From NCBI RefSeq assembly GCF_964355755.1, contig NC_092680.1:11966001-12030000 (forward strand): 64,000 bases of DNA. The letters run 5' to 3'. Below are positions 12,001 to 24,200 of this stretch, one piece after another. Under the pieces are notes generated by a model. That model saw only the letters and a program-made list of their open reading frames with translations, was not told the DNA's origin and did no database searches. This stretch comes from Antedon mediterranea. Taxonomy: Eukaryota; Animalia; Echinodermata. Numbering within the stretch: the stretch's first letter is position 1; the number at the start of each line of letters is the position of its first letter. The position numbers were made by a program, and so were the translations under genes.

Positions 12001-14860
12001 TTGAAGCTATTCTGTAGACTTTGATGTTTTGTGTGAAAAAGTTTTGTCGAAATGCTCAAAATGGTCTAAAACGTTTTTAAATACGATATTAAGCTATTTT
12101 GTGATCTTTGATGTTTTTGTGTGAAAAGTTTTATCGAAATGCTCAAAATGGTCTAAAACGGTTTCTAATGCGATTTGAAGCTATTCTGTACACTTTGAAG
12201 TTTTTTGTGAAAAAGTTTTCTCGAAATGCTCAAAATGGTCTAAAACGTTTTTATATACCATATTAAGCTATTTTGTGCACTTTGATGTTTTTTGTGAAAA
12301 GTTTTATCGAAATGCTCAAAATGGTCTAAAACGGTTTCTATTGTGATTTTAAGCACTTTGATGATTTTGTGTAACCAAGTTTCATCGAAATGTACAAAAT
12401 GGTCTAAAACGTCTCCAAATGCGATTTTAAGCTATTCTAAGTACTTTTGTGTTTTTATGTTAACAAGTTTTTTCGAAAATCACAAAATGGTCTAAAACGT
12501 CTTCAAATGCGATTTGAAGCTATTCTGTACACTTTGATGTTTTGTGTGAAAAAGTTTTGTCAAAATGCTCAAAATGGTCTAAAACGTTTTTAAAACGATA
12601 TTAAGCTATTTTGTGCTCTTTGATGTTTTTGTTTAACCAAGTTTCATCGAAAATCACAAAATGGTCTAAAACGTCTCCAAATGCGATTTGAAGCTTTTCT
12701 AAGCACTTTGGTGTTTTTATGTTAACAAGTTTTTTCGAAAATCACAAAATGGTCTAAAACGTCTCCAAATGCGATTTGAAGCTCTTCTGTACACTTTGAT
12801 GTTTTGTGTGAAAAAGTTTTGTCGTAATTCTCAAACTGGTCTAAAACGTTTTTAAATACGATATTAAGCTGTTTTGTGCACTTTGATGATTTGTGTGAAA
12901 AGTTTTAACGAAATGCTCAAAATGGTCAAAAACGGTTTCTAATGTGATTTTAAGCACTTTGATGTTTTTGTGTAACCAAGTTTTTTCGAAAATCACAAAA
13001 TGGTCTAAAACGTCTCCAAATGCGATTTGAAGCTTTTCTAAGCACTTTGGTGTTTTTATGTTAACAATTTTTTTTGAAAATCACAAAATGGTCTCAAACG
13101 TCTCCAAAAACGATTTGAAGATATTCTGAGCACTTTGGTGTTTTTATGTTAAAAAGTTTTTTCGAAAATCACAAAATAGTCTAAAACGTCTCCAAATGCG
13201 ATTTGAAGCTATTCTGTACACTTTGATGTTTTGTGTGAAAAAGTTTTGTCGAAAAGCTCAAAATGGTCTAAAACGTTTTTAAATACGATATTAAGCTATT
13301 TTGTGATCTTTGATGTTTTTGTGTGAAAAGTTTTATCGAAATGCTCAAAATGGTCTAAAACGGTTTCTAATGCGATTTGAAGCTATTCTGTACACTTTGA
13401 AGTTTTGTGTGAAAAAGTTTTCTCGAAATGCTCAAAATGGTCTAAAACGTTTTTATATACCATATTAAGCTATTTTGTGCACTTTGATGTTTTTTGTGAA
13501 AAGTTTTATTGAAATGCTCAAAATGGTCTAAAACGGTTTCTATTGTGATTTTAAGCACTTTGATGATTTTGTGTAACCAAGTTTCATCGAAATGTACAAA
13601 ATGGTCTAAAACGTCTCCAAATGCGATTTGAAGCTATTCTAAGTACTTTTGTGTTTTTATGTTAACAAGTTTTTTCGAAAATCACGAAATGGTCTAAAAT
13701 GTCTCCAAATGCGATTTGAAGCTATTCTGTACACTTTGATGTTTTGTGTGAAAAAGTTTTGTCGAAATGCTCAAAATGGTCTAAAACGTTTTTAAAACGA
13801 TATTAAGCTATTTTGTGCTCTTTGATGTTTTTGTGTAACCAAGTTTCATCGAAATCAACAAAATGGTCTAATACGTCTCCAAATGCGATTTGAAGCTTTT
13901 TCAAGCACTTTGCTGTTTTTATGTTAACAAGTTTTTTCGAAAATCACAAAATGGTCTAAAACGTCTTCAAATGCGATTTGAAGCTATTCTTTACACTTTG
14001 ATGTTTTGTGTGAAAAAGTTTTGTCGAAATTCTCAAAATGGTCTAAAACGTTTTTAAATACGATATTAAGCTATTTTGTGATCTTTGATGTTTTTGTTTA
14101 ACCAAGTTTCATCGAAAATCACAAAATGGTCTAAAACGTCTCCAAATGCGATTTGAAGCTTTTCTAAGCACTTTGGTGTTTTTATGTTAACAAGTTTTTT
14201 CAAAAATCACAAAATGGTCTAAAACGTCTCCAAATGCGATTTGAAGCTCTTCTGTACACTTTGATGTTTTGTGTGAAAAAGTTTTGTCGTAATTCTCAAA
14301 ATGGTCTAAAACGTTTTTAAATACGATATTAAGCTGTTTTGTGCACTTTGATGATTTGTGTGAAAAGTTTTAACGAAATGCTCAAAATGGTCAAAAACGG
14401 TTTCTAATGTGATTTTAAGCACTTTGATGTTTTTGTGTAACCAAGTTTTTTCGAAAATCACAAAATGGTCTAAAACGTCTCCAAATGCGATTTGAAGCTT
14501 TTCTAAGCACTTTGGTGTTTTTATGTTAACAATTTTTTTTGAAAATCACAAAATGGTCTAAAACGTCTCCAAATGCGATTTGAAGATATTCTGAGCACTT
14601 TGGTGTTTTTATGTTAAAAAGTTTTTTCGAAAATCACAAAATAGTCTAAAACGTCTCCAAATGCGATTTGAAGCTATTCTGTACACTTTGATGTTTTGTG
14701 TGAAAAAGTTTTGTCGAAATGCTCAAAATGGTCTAAAACGTTTTTAAAACGATATTAAGCTATTTTGTGCTCTTTGATGTTTTTGTGTAACCAAGTTTCA
14801 TCGAAAATCACAAAATGGTCTAAAACGTCTCCAAATGCGAATTGAAGCTTTTCTAAGCAC
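9001..14860. repeat. Near-perfect 2929-bp tandem duplication (about 34 monomers x 2)
   Basis: Rare variants pair at offset 2929: TCTGTAGAC 9082/12011, CTCAAACTGG 9901/12830, GGTCTCAAAC 10161/13090, CGAAAAGCTC 10321/13250. Confidence 0.92.
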
Positions 14861-17800
14861 TTTGGTGTTTTTATGTTAACAAGTTTTTTCGAAAATTACG
14901 AAATGGTCTAAAATGTCTCCAAATGCGATTTGAAGATATTCTGAGCACTTTGGTGTTTTTATGTTAAAAAGTTTTTTCGAAAATCACAAAATGGTCTAAA
15001 ACGTCTCCAAATGCGATTTGAAGCTCTTCTGTACACTTTGATGTTTTGTGTGAAAAAGTTTTGTCGAAATGCTCAAAATGGTCTAAAACGTTTTTAAATA
15101 CGATATTAAGCTGTTTTGTGCACTTTGATGATTTGTGTGAAAAGTTTTAACGAAATGCTAAAAATGGTATAAAACGGTTTCTAATGTGATTTTAAGCACT
15201 TTGATGTTTTTGTGTAACCAAGTTTTTTCGAAAATCACAAAATGGTCTAAAACGTCTCCAAATGCGATTTGAAGCTTTTCTAGGCACTTTGGTGTTTTTA
15301 TGTTAACAAGTTTTTTCGAAAATCACAAAATGGTCTAAAACGTCTCCAAATGCGATTTGAAGATATTCTGAGCACTTTGGTGTTTTTATGTTAAAAAGTT
15401 TTTTCGAAAATCACAAGATGGTCTAAAACGTCTCCAAATGCGATTTGAAGCTCTTCTGTACACTTTGATGTTTTGTGTGAAAAAGTTTTGTCGAAATGCC
15501 CAAAAAGGTCTAAAACGTTTTTAAATACGATATTAAGCTATTTTGTGCTCTTTGATGTTTTTGTGTAACCAAGTTTCATCGAAAATCACAAAATGGTCTA
15601 AAACGTCTTCAAATGCGATTTGAAGCTATTCTGTACACTTTGATGTTTTGTGTGAAAAAGTTTTGTCAAAATGCTCAAAATGGTCTAAAACGTTTTTAAA
15701 ACGATATTAAGCTATTTTGTGCTCTTTGATGTTTTTGTGTAACCAAGTTTCATCGAAAATCACAAAATGGTCTAAAACGTCTCCAAATGCGATTTGAAGC
15801 TTTTCTAAGCACTTTGGTGTTTTTATGTTAACAAGTTTTTTCGAAAATCACAAAATGGTCTAAAACGTCTCCAAATGCGATTTGAAGCTCTTCTGTACAC
15901 TTTGATGTTTTGTGTGAAAAAGTTTTGTCGAAATGCTCAAAATGGTCTAAAACGTTTTTAAATACGATATTAAGCTGTTTTGTGCAGTTTGATGATTTGT
16001 GTGAAAAGTTTTAACGAAATGCTCAAAATGGTCTAAAACGGTTTCTAATGCGATTTAAAGCTATTCTGTACACTTTGAAGTTTTTTGTGAAAAAGTTTTC
16101 TCGAAATGCTCAAAATGGTCTAAAACGTTTTTATATACCATATTAAGCTATTTTGTGCACTTTGATGTTTTTTGTGAAAAGTTTTATCGAAATGCTCAAA
16201 ATGGTCTGAAACGGTTTCTATTGTGATTTTAAGCACTTTGATGATTTTGTGTAACCAAGTTTCATAGAAATGTACAAAATGGTCTAAAATGTCTCCAAAT
16301 GCGATTTGAAGCTATTCTAAGTACTTTTGTGTTTTTATGTTAACAAGTTTTTTCGAAAATCACGAAATGGTCTAAAATGTCTCCAAATGCGATTTGAAGA
16401 TATTCTGAGCACTTTGGTGTTTTTATGTTAAAAAGTTTTGTCGAAATGCTCAAAATGGTCTAAAACGTTTTTAAATACGATATTAAGCTATTTTGTGATC
16501 TTTGATGTTTTTGTGTGAAAAGTTTTATCGAAATGCTCAAAATGGTCTGAAACGGTTTCTAATGCGATTTGAAGCTATTCTGTACACTTTGAAGTTTTTT
16601 GTGAAAAAGTTTTCTCGAAATGCTCAAAATGGTCTAAAACGTTTTTATATACCATATTAAGCTATTTTGTGCACTTTGATGTTTTTTGTGAAAAGTTTTA
16701 TCGAAATGCTCAAAATGGTCTAAAACGGTTTCTATTGTGATTTTAAGCACTTTGATGATTTTGTGTAACCAAGTTTCATCGAAATGTACAAAATGGTCTA
16801 AAACGTCTCCAAATGCGATTTGAAGCTATTCTAAGTACTTTTGTGGTTTTATGTTAACAAGTTTTTTCGAAAATCACAAAATGGTCTAAAACATCTTCAA
16901 ATGCGATTTGAAGCTATTCTGTACACTTTGATGTTTTGTGTGAAAAAGTTTTGTCGAAATGCTCAAAATGGTCTAAAACGTTTTTAAATACGATATTAAG
17001 CTATTTTGTGATCTTTGATGTTTTTGTGTAACCAAGTTTCATCGAAAATCACAAAATGGTCTAAAACGTCTCCAAATGCGATTTGAAGCTTTTCTAAGCA
17101 CTTTGGTGTTTTTATGTTAACAAGTTTTTTCGAAAATCACAAAATGGTCTAAAACGTCTCCAAGTGCGATTTGAAGCTCTTCTGTACACTTTGATGTTTT
17201 GTGTGAAAAAGTTTTGTCGAAATTCTCAAAATGGTCTAAAACGTTTTTAAATACGATATTAAGCTGTTTTGTGCACTTTGATGATTTGTGTGAAAAGTTT
17301 TAACGAAATGCTCAAAATGGTCAAAAACGGTTTCTAATGTGATTTTAAGCACTTTGATGTTTTTGTGTAACCAAGTTTTTTCAAAAATCACAAAATGGTC
17401 TAAAACGTCTCCAAATGCGATTTGAAGCTTTTCTAGGCACTTTGGTGTTTTTATGTTAACAAGTTTTTTCGAAAATCACAAAATGGTCTAAAACGTCTCC
17501 AAATGCGATTTGAAGATATTCTGAGCACTTTGGTGTTTTTATGTTAAAAAGTTTTTTCGAAAATCACAAAAGGGTCTAAAACGTCTTCAAATGCGATTTG
17601 AAGCTATTCTGTACACTTTGATGTTTTGTGTGAAAAAGTTTTGTCGAAATGCTCAAAATGGTCTAAAACGTTTTTAAATACGATATTAAGCTATTTTGTG
17701 ATCTTTGATGTTTTTGTGTGAAAAGTTTTATCGAAATGCTCAAAATGGTCTAAAACGGTTTCTAATGCGATTTGAAGCTATTCTGTACACTTTGAAGTTT

Positions 17801-18959
17801 TGTGTGAAAAAGTTTTCTCGAAATGCTCAAAATGGTCTAAAACGTTTTTATATACCATATTAAGCTATTTTGTGCACTTTGATGTTTTTTGTGAAAAGTT
17901 TTATCGAAATGCTCAAAATGGTCTAAAACGGTTTCTATTGTGATTTTAAGCACTTTGATGATTTTGTGTAACCAAGTTTCATCGAAATGTACAAAATGGT
18001 CTAAAACGTCTCCAAATGCGATTTGAAGCTATTCTAAGTACTTTTGTGTTTTTATGTTAACAAGTTTTTTCGAAAATCACAAAATGGTCTAAAACGTCTT
18101 CAAATGCGGTTTGAAGCTATTCTGTACACTTTGATGTTTTGTGTGAAAAAGTTTTGTCGAAATGCTCAAAATGGTCTAAAACGTTTTTAAATAAGATATT
18201 AAGCTATTTTGTGATCTTTGATGTTTTTGTGTGAAAAGTTTTATCAAAATGCTCAAAATGGTCTGAAACGGTTTCTAATGCGATTTGAAGCTATTCTGTA
18301 CACTTTGAAGTTTTGTGTGAAAAAGTTTTCTCGAAATGCTCAAAATGGTCTAAAACGTTTTTATATACCATATTAAGCTTTTCTGTACACTTTGATGTTT
18401 TGTGTGAAAAAGTTTTGTCAAAATGCTCAAAATGGTCTAAAACGTTTTTAAAACGATATTAAGCTATTTTGTGCTCTTTGATGATTTTGTGTAACCAAGT
18501 TTCATCGAAATGTACAAAATGGTCTAAAACGTCTCCAAATGCGATTTGAAGCTATTCTAAGTACTTTTGTGTTTTTATGTTAACAAGTTTTTTCGAAAAT
18601 CACAAAATGGTCTAAAACGTCTTCAAATGCGATTTGAAGCTATTCTGTACACTTTGATGTTTTGTGTGAAAAAGTTTTGTCGAAATGCTCAAAATGGTCT
18701 AAAACGTTTTTAAATACGATATTAAGCTATTTTGTGATCTTTGATGTTTTTGTGTGAAAAGTTTTATCGAAATGCTCAAAATGGTCTGAAACGGTTTCTA
18801 ATGCGATTTGAAGCTATTCTGTACACTTTGAAGTTTTTTGTGAAAAAGTTTTCTCGAAATGCTCAAAATGGTCTAAAACGTTTTTATATACCATATTAAG
18901 CTATTTTGTGCACTTTGATGTTTTTTGTGAAAAGTTTTATCGAAATGCTCAAAATGGTC

Positions 18960-19925
18960 TAAAACGGTTTCTATTGTGATTTTAAGCACTTTGATGATTT
19001 TGTGTAACCAAGTTTCATCGAAATGTACAAAATGGTCTAAAACGTCTCCAAATGCGATTTGAAGCTATTCTAAGTACTTTTGTGTTTTTATGTTAACAAG
19101 TTTTTTCGAAAATCACAAAATGGTCTAAAACGTCTTCAAATGCGATTTGAAGCTATTCTGTACACTTTGATGTTTTGTGTGAAAAAGTTTTGTCGAAATG
19201 CTCAAAATGGTCTAAAACGTTTTTAAATACGATATTAAGCTATTTTGTGATCTTTGATGTTTTTGTGTGAAAAGTTTTATCGAAATGCTCAAAATGGTCT
19301 AAAACGGTTTCTATTGTGATTTTAAGCACTTTGATGATTTTGTGTAACCAAGTTTCATCGAAATGTACAAAATGGTCTAAAACGTCTCCAAATGCGATTT
19401 GAAGCTATTCTAAGTACTTTTGTGTTTTTATGTTAACAAGTTTTTTCGAAAATCACAAAATGGTCTAAAACGTCTTCAAATGTGATTTGAAGCTATTCTG
19501 TACACTTTGATGTTTTGTGTAAAAAAGTTTTGTCGAAATGCTCAAAATGGTCTAAAACGTTTTTAAATACGATATTAAGCTATTTTCTGATCTTTGATGT
19601 TTTTGTGTGAAAAGTTTTATCGAAATGCTCAAAATGGTCTAAAACGGTTTCTATTGTGATTTTAAGCACTTTGATGATTTTGTGTAACCAAGTTTCATCG
19701 AAATGTACAAAATGGTCTAAAACGTCTCCAAATGCGATTTGAAGCTATTCTAAGTACTTTTGTGTTTTTATGTTAACAAGTTTTTTCGAAAATCACAAAA
19801 TGGTCTAAAACGTCTTCAAATGCGATTTGAAGCTATTCTGTACACTTTGATGTTTTGTGTGAAAAAGTTTTGTCGAAATGCTCAAAATGGTCTAAAACGT
19901 TTTTAAATACGATATTAAGCTATTT
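18960..19925. repeat. 340-bp tetramer sub-HOR (78+88+87+87), about 3 consecutive copies
   Basis: AAATGTACAA at 19021, 19361 and 19701. The same 340-bp spacing recurs at 20390/20730, 21418/21758 and 27441/27781. Confidence 0.88.
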
Positions 19926-21280
19926 TGTGCTCTTTGATGTTTTTGTGTAACCAAGTTTCATCGAAAATCACAAAATGGTCTAAAACGTCTTCAAATGCGA
20001 TTTCAAGCTATTCTGTACACTTTGATGTTTTGTGTGAAAAGGTTTTGTCGAAATGCTCAAATTGGTCTAAAACGTTTTTAAATACGATATTAAGCTATTT
20101 TGTGATCTTTTATGTTTTTGTGTGAAAAGTTTTATCGAAATTCTCAAAATGGTCTGAAACGATTTCTAATGCGATTTGAAGCTATTCTGTACACTTTGAA
20201 GTTTTTTGTGAAAAAGTTTTCTCGAAATGCCCAAAATGGTCTAAAACGTTTTTAAATACGATATTAAGCTATTTTGTGATCTTTGATGTTTTTGTGTGAA
20301 AAGTTTTATCGAAATGCTCAAAATGGTCTAAAACGGTTTCTATTGTGATTTTAAGCACTTTGATGATTTTGTGTAACCAAGTTTCATCGAAATGTACAAA
20401 ATGGTCTAAAACGTCTCCAAATGCGATTTGAAGCTATTCTAAGTACTTTTGTGTTTTTATGTTAACAAGTTTTTTCGAAAATCACAAAATGGTCTAAAAC
20501 GTCTTCAAATGTGATTTGAAGCTATTCTGTACACTTTGATGTTTTGTGTGAAAAAGTTTTGTCAAAATGCTCAAAATGGTCTAAAACGTTTTTAAATACG
20601 ATATTAAGCTATTTTCTGATCTTTGATGTTTTTGTGTGAAAAGTTTTATCGAAATGCTCAAAATGGTCTAAAACGGTTTCTATTGTGATTTTAAGCACTT
20701 TGATGATTTTGTGTAACCAAGTTTCATCGAAATGTACAAAATGGTCTAAAACGTCTCCAAATGCGATTTGAAGCTATTCTAAGTACTTTTGTGTTTTTAT
20801 GTTAACAAGTTTTTTCGAAAATCACAAAATGGTCTAAAACGTCTTCAAATGCGATTTGAAGCTATTCTGTACACTTTGATGTTTTGTGTGAAAAAGTTTT
20901 GTCGAAATGCTCAAAATGGTCTAAAACGTTTTTAAATACGATATTAAGCTATTTTGTGCTCTTTGATGTTTTTGTGTAACCAAGTCTCATCGAAAATCAC
21001 AAAATGGTCTAAAACGTCTTCAAATGCGATTTGAAGCTATTCTGTACACTTTGATGTTTTGTGTGAAAAGGTTTTGTCGAAATGCTCAAATTGGTCTAAA
21101 ACGTTTTTAAATACGATATTAAGCTATTTTGTGATCTTTTATGTTTTTGTGTGAAAAGTTTTATCGAAATTCTCAAAATGGTCTGAAACGGTTTCTAATG
21201 CGATTTGAAGCTATTCTGTACACTTTGAAGTTTTTTGTGAAAAAGTTTTCTCGAAATGCTCAAAATGGTCTAAAACGTTT
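19203..21280. repeat. 1029-bp (12-mer) tandem duplication
   Basis: Rare variants pair at offset 1029: TGTGATTTGAAG 19481/20510, TATTTTCTGA 19581/20610, ATTGGTCT 20061/21090, GATCTTTTATG 20104/21133. Confidence 0.88.
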
Positions 21281-24200
21281 TTATATACCATATTAAGCTA
21301 TTTTGTGCACTTTGATGTTTTTTGTGAAAAGTTTTATCGAAATGCTCAAAATGGTCTAAAACGGTTTCTATTGTGATTTTAAGCACTTTGATGATTTTGT
21401 GTAACCAAGTTTCATCGAAATGTACAAAATGGTCTAAAACGTCTCCAAATGCGATTTGAAGCTATTCTAAGTACTTTTGTGTTTTTATGTTAACAAGTTT
21501 TTTCGAAAATCACAAAATGGTCTAAAACGTCTTCAAATGCGATTTGAAGCTATTCTGTACACTTTGATGTTTTGTGTGAAAAAGTTTTGTCGAAATGCTC
21601 AAAATGGTCTAAAACGTTTTTAAATACGATATTAAGCTATTTTGTGATCTTTGATGTTTTTGTGTGAAAAGTTTTATCGAAATGCTCAAAATGGTCTAAA
21701 ACGGTTTCTATTGTGATTTTAAGCACTGTGATGATTTTGTGTAACCAAGTTTCATCGAAATGTACAAAATGGTCTAAAACGTCTCCAAATGCGATTTGAA
21801 GCTATTCTAAGTACTTTTGTGTTTTTATGTTAACAAGTTTTTTCGAAAATAACAAAATGGTCTAAAACGTCTTCAAATGCGATTTGAAGCTATTCTGTAC
21901 ACTTTGAAGTTTTTTGTGAAAAAGTTTTCTCGAAATGCTCAAAATGGTCTAAAACGTTTTTATATACCATATTAAGCTATTTTGTGCACTTTTATGTTTT
22001 GTGTGAAAAAGTTTTGTCGAAATTCTCAAAATGGTCTAAAACGTTTTTAAATACGATATTAAGCTGTTTTGTGCACTTTGATGATTTGTGTGAAAAGTTT
22101 TAACGAAATGCTCAAAATGGTCAAAAACGGTTTCTAATGTGATTTTAAGCACTTTGATGTTTTTGTGTAACCAAGTTTTTTCAAAAATCACAAAATGGTC
22201 TAAAACGTCTCCAAATGCGATTTAAAGATTTTCTAAGCACTTTTGTGTTTTTATGTTAACAAGTTTTTTCGAAAATCACAAAATGGTCTAAAACGTCTCC
22301 AAATGCGATTTGAAGATATTCTGAGCACTTTGGTGTTTTTATGTTAAAAAGTTTTTTCGAAAATCACAAAATAGTCTAAAACGTCTCCAAATGCGATTTG
22401 AAGATATTCTGTACACTTTGATGTTTTGTGTGAAAAAGTTTTGTCGAAATTCTCAAAATGGTCTAAAACGTTTTTAAAACGATATTAAGTTATTTTGTGC
22501 TCTTTGATGTTTTTGTGTAACCAAGTTTCATCGAAAATCACAAAATGGTCTAAAACGTCTCTAAATGCGATTTGAAGCTTTTCTAAGCACTTTGGTGTTT
22601 TTATGTTAACAAGTTTTTTCGAAAATCACGAAATGGTCTAAAATGTCTCCAAATGCGATTTGAAGATATTCTGAGCACTTTGGTGTTTTTATGTTAAAAA
22701 GTTTTTTCGAAAATCACAAAATGGTCTAAAACGTCTCCAAATGCGATTTGAAGCTCTTCTGTACACTTTGATGTTTTGTGTGAAAAAGTTTTGTCGATAT
22801 GCTCAAAATGGTCTAAAACGTTTTTAAATACGATATTAAGCTGTTTTGTGCACTTTAATGATTTGTGTGAAAAGTTTTAACGAAATGCTCAAAATGGTCT
22901 AAAACGGTTTCTAATGTGATTTTAAGCACTTTGATGTTTTTGTGTAACCAAGTTTTTTCGAAAATCACAAAATGGTCTAAAACGTCTCCAAATGCGATTT
23001 GAAGCTTTTCTAAGCACTTTGGTGTTTTTATGTTAACAAGTTTTTTCGAAAATCACAAAATGGTCTAAAACGTCTCCAAATGCGATTTGAGGATATTCTG
23101 AGCACTTTGGTGTTTATATGTTAAAAATTTTTTTCGAAAATCACAAAATGGTCTAAAACGTCTCCAAATGCGATTTGAAGCTATTCTGTACACTTTGATG
23201 TTTTGTGTGAAAAAGTTTTGTCGAAATGCTCAAAATGGTCTAAAACGTTTTTAAAACGATATTAAGCTATTTTGTGCTCTTTGATGTTTTTGTGTAACCA
23301 AGTTTCATCGAAATCAACAAAATGGATTAATACGTCTCCAAATGCGATTTGAAGCTTTTCCAAGCACTTTGCTGTTTTTATGTTAACAAGTTTTTTCGAA
23401 AATCACAAAATGGTCTAAAACGTCTTCAAATGCGATTTGAAGCTATTCTGTACACTTTGATGTTTTTTGTGAAAAAGTTTTGTCGAAATGCTCAAAATGG
23501 TCTAAAACGTTTTTAAATACGATATTAAGCTATTTTGTGATCTTTGATGTTTTTGTGTGAAAAGTTTTATCGAAATGCTCAAAATGGTCTAAAACGGTTT
23601 CTAATGCGATTTGAAGCTATTCTGTACCCTTTGAAGTTTTTTGTGAAAAAGTTTTCTCGAAATGCTCAAAATGGTCTAAAAAGTTTTTATATACCATATT
23701 AAGCTATTTTGTGCACTTTGATGTTTTTTGTGAAAAGTTTTATCGAAATGCTCAAAATGGTCTAAAACGGTTTCTATTGTGATTTTAAGCACTTTGATGA
23801 TTTTGTGTAACCAGGTTTCATCGAAATGTACAAAATGGTCTAAAACGTCTCCAAATGCGATTTGAAGCTATTCTAAGTACTTTTGTGTTTTTATGTTAAC
23901 AAGTTTTTTCGAAAATCACAAAATGGTCTAAAACGTCTTCAAATGCGATTTGAAGCTATTCTGTACACTTTGATGTTTTGTGTGAAAAAGTTTTGTCGAA
24001 ATGCTCAAAATGGTCTAAAACGTTTTTAAATACGATATTAAGCTATTTTGTGATCTTTGATGTTTTTGTGTGAAAAGTTTTATCGAAATGCTCAAAATGG
24101 TCTAAAACGGTTTCTAATGCGATTTGAAGCTTTTCTGTACACTTTGAAGTTTTTTGTGAAAAAGTTTTCTCGAAATGCTCAAAATGGTCTAAAACGTTTT

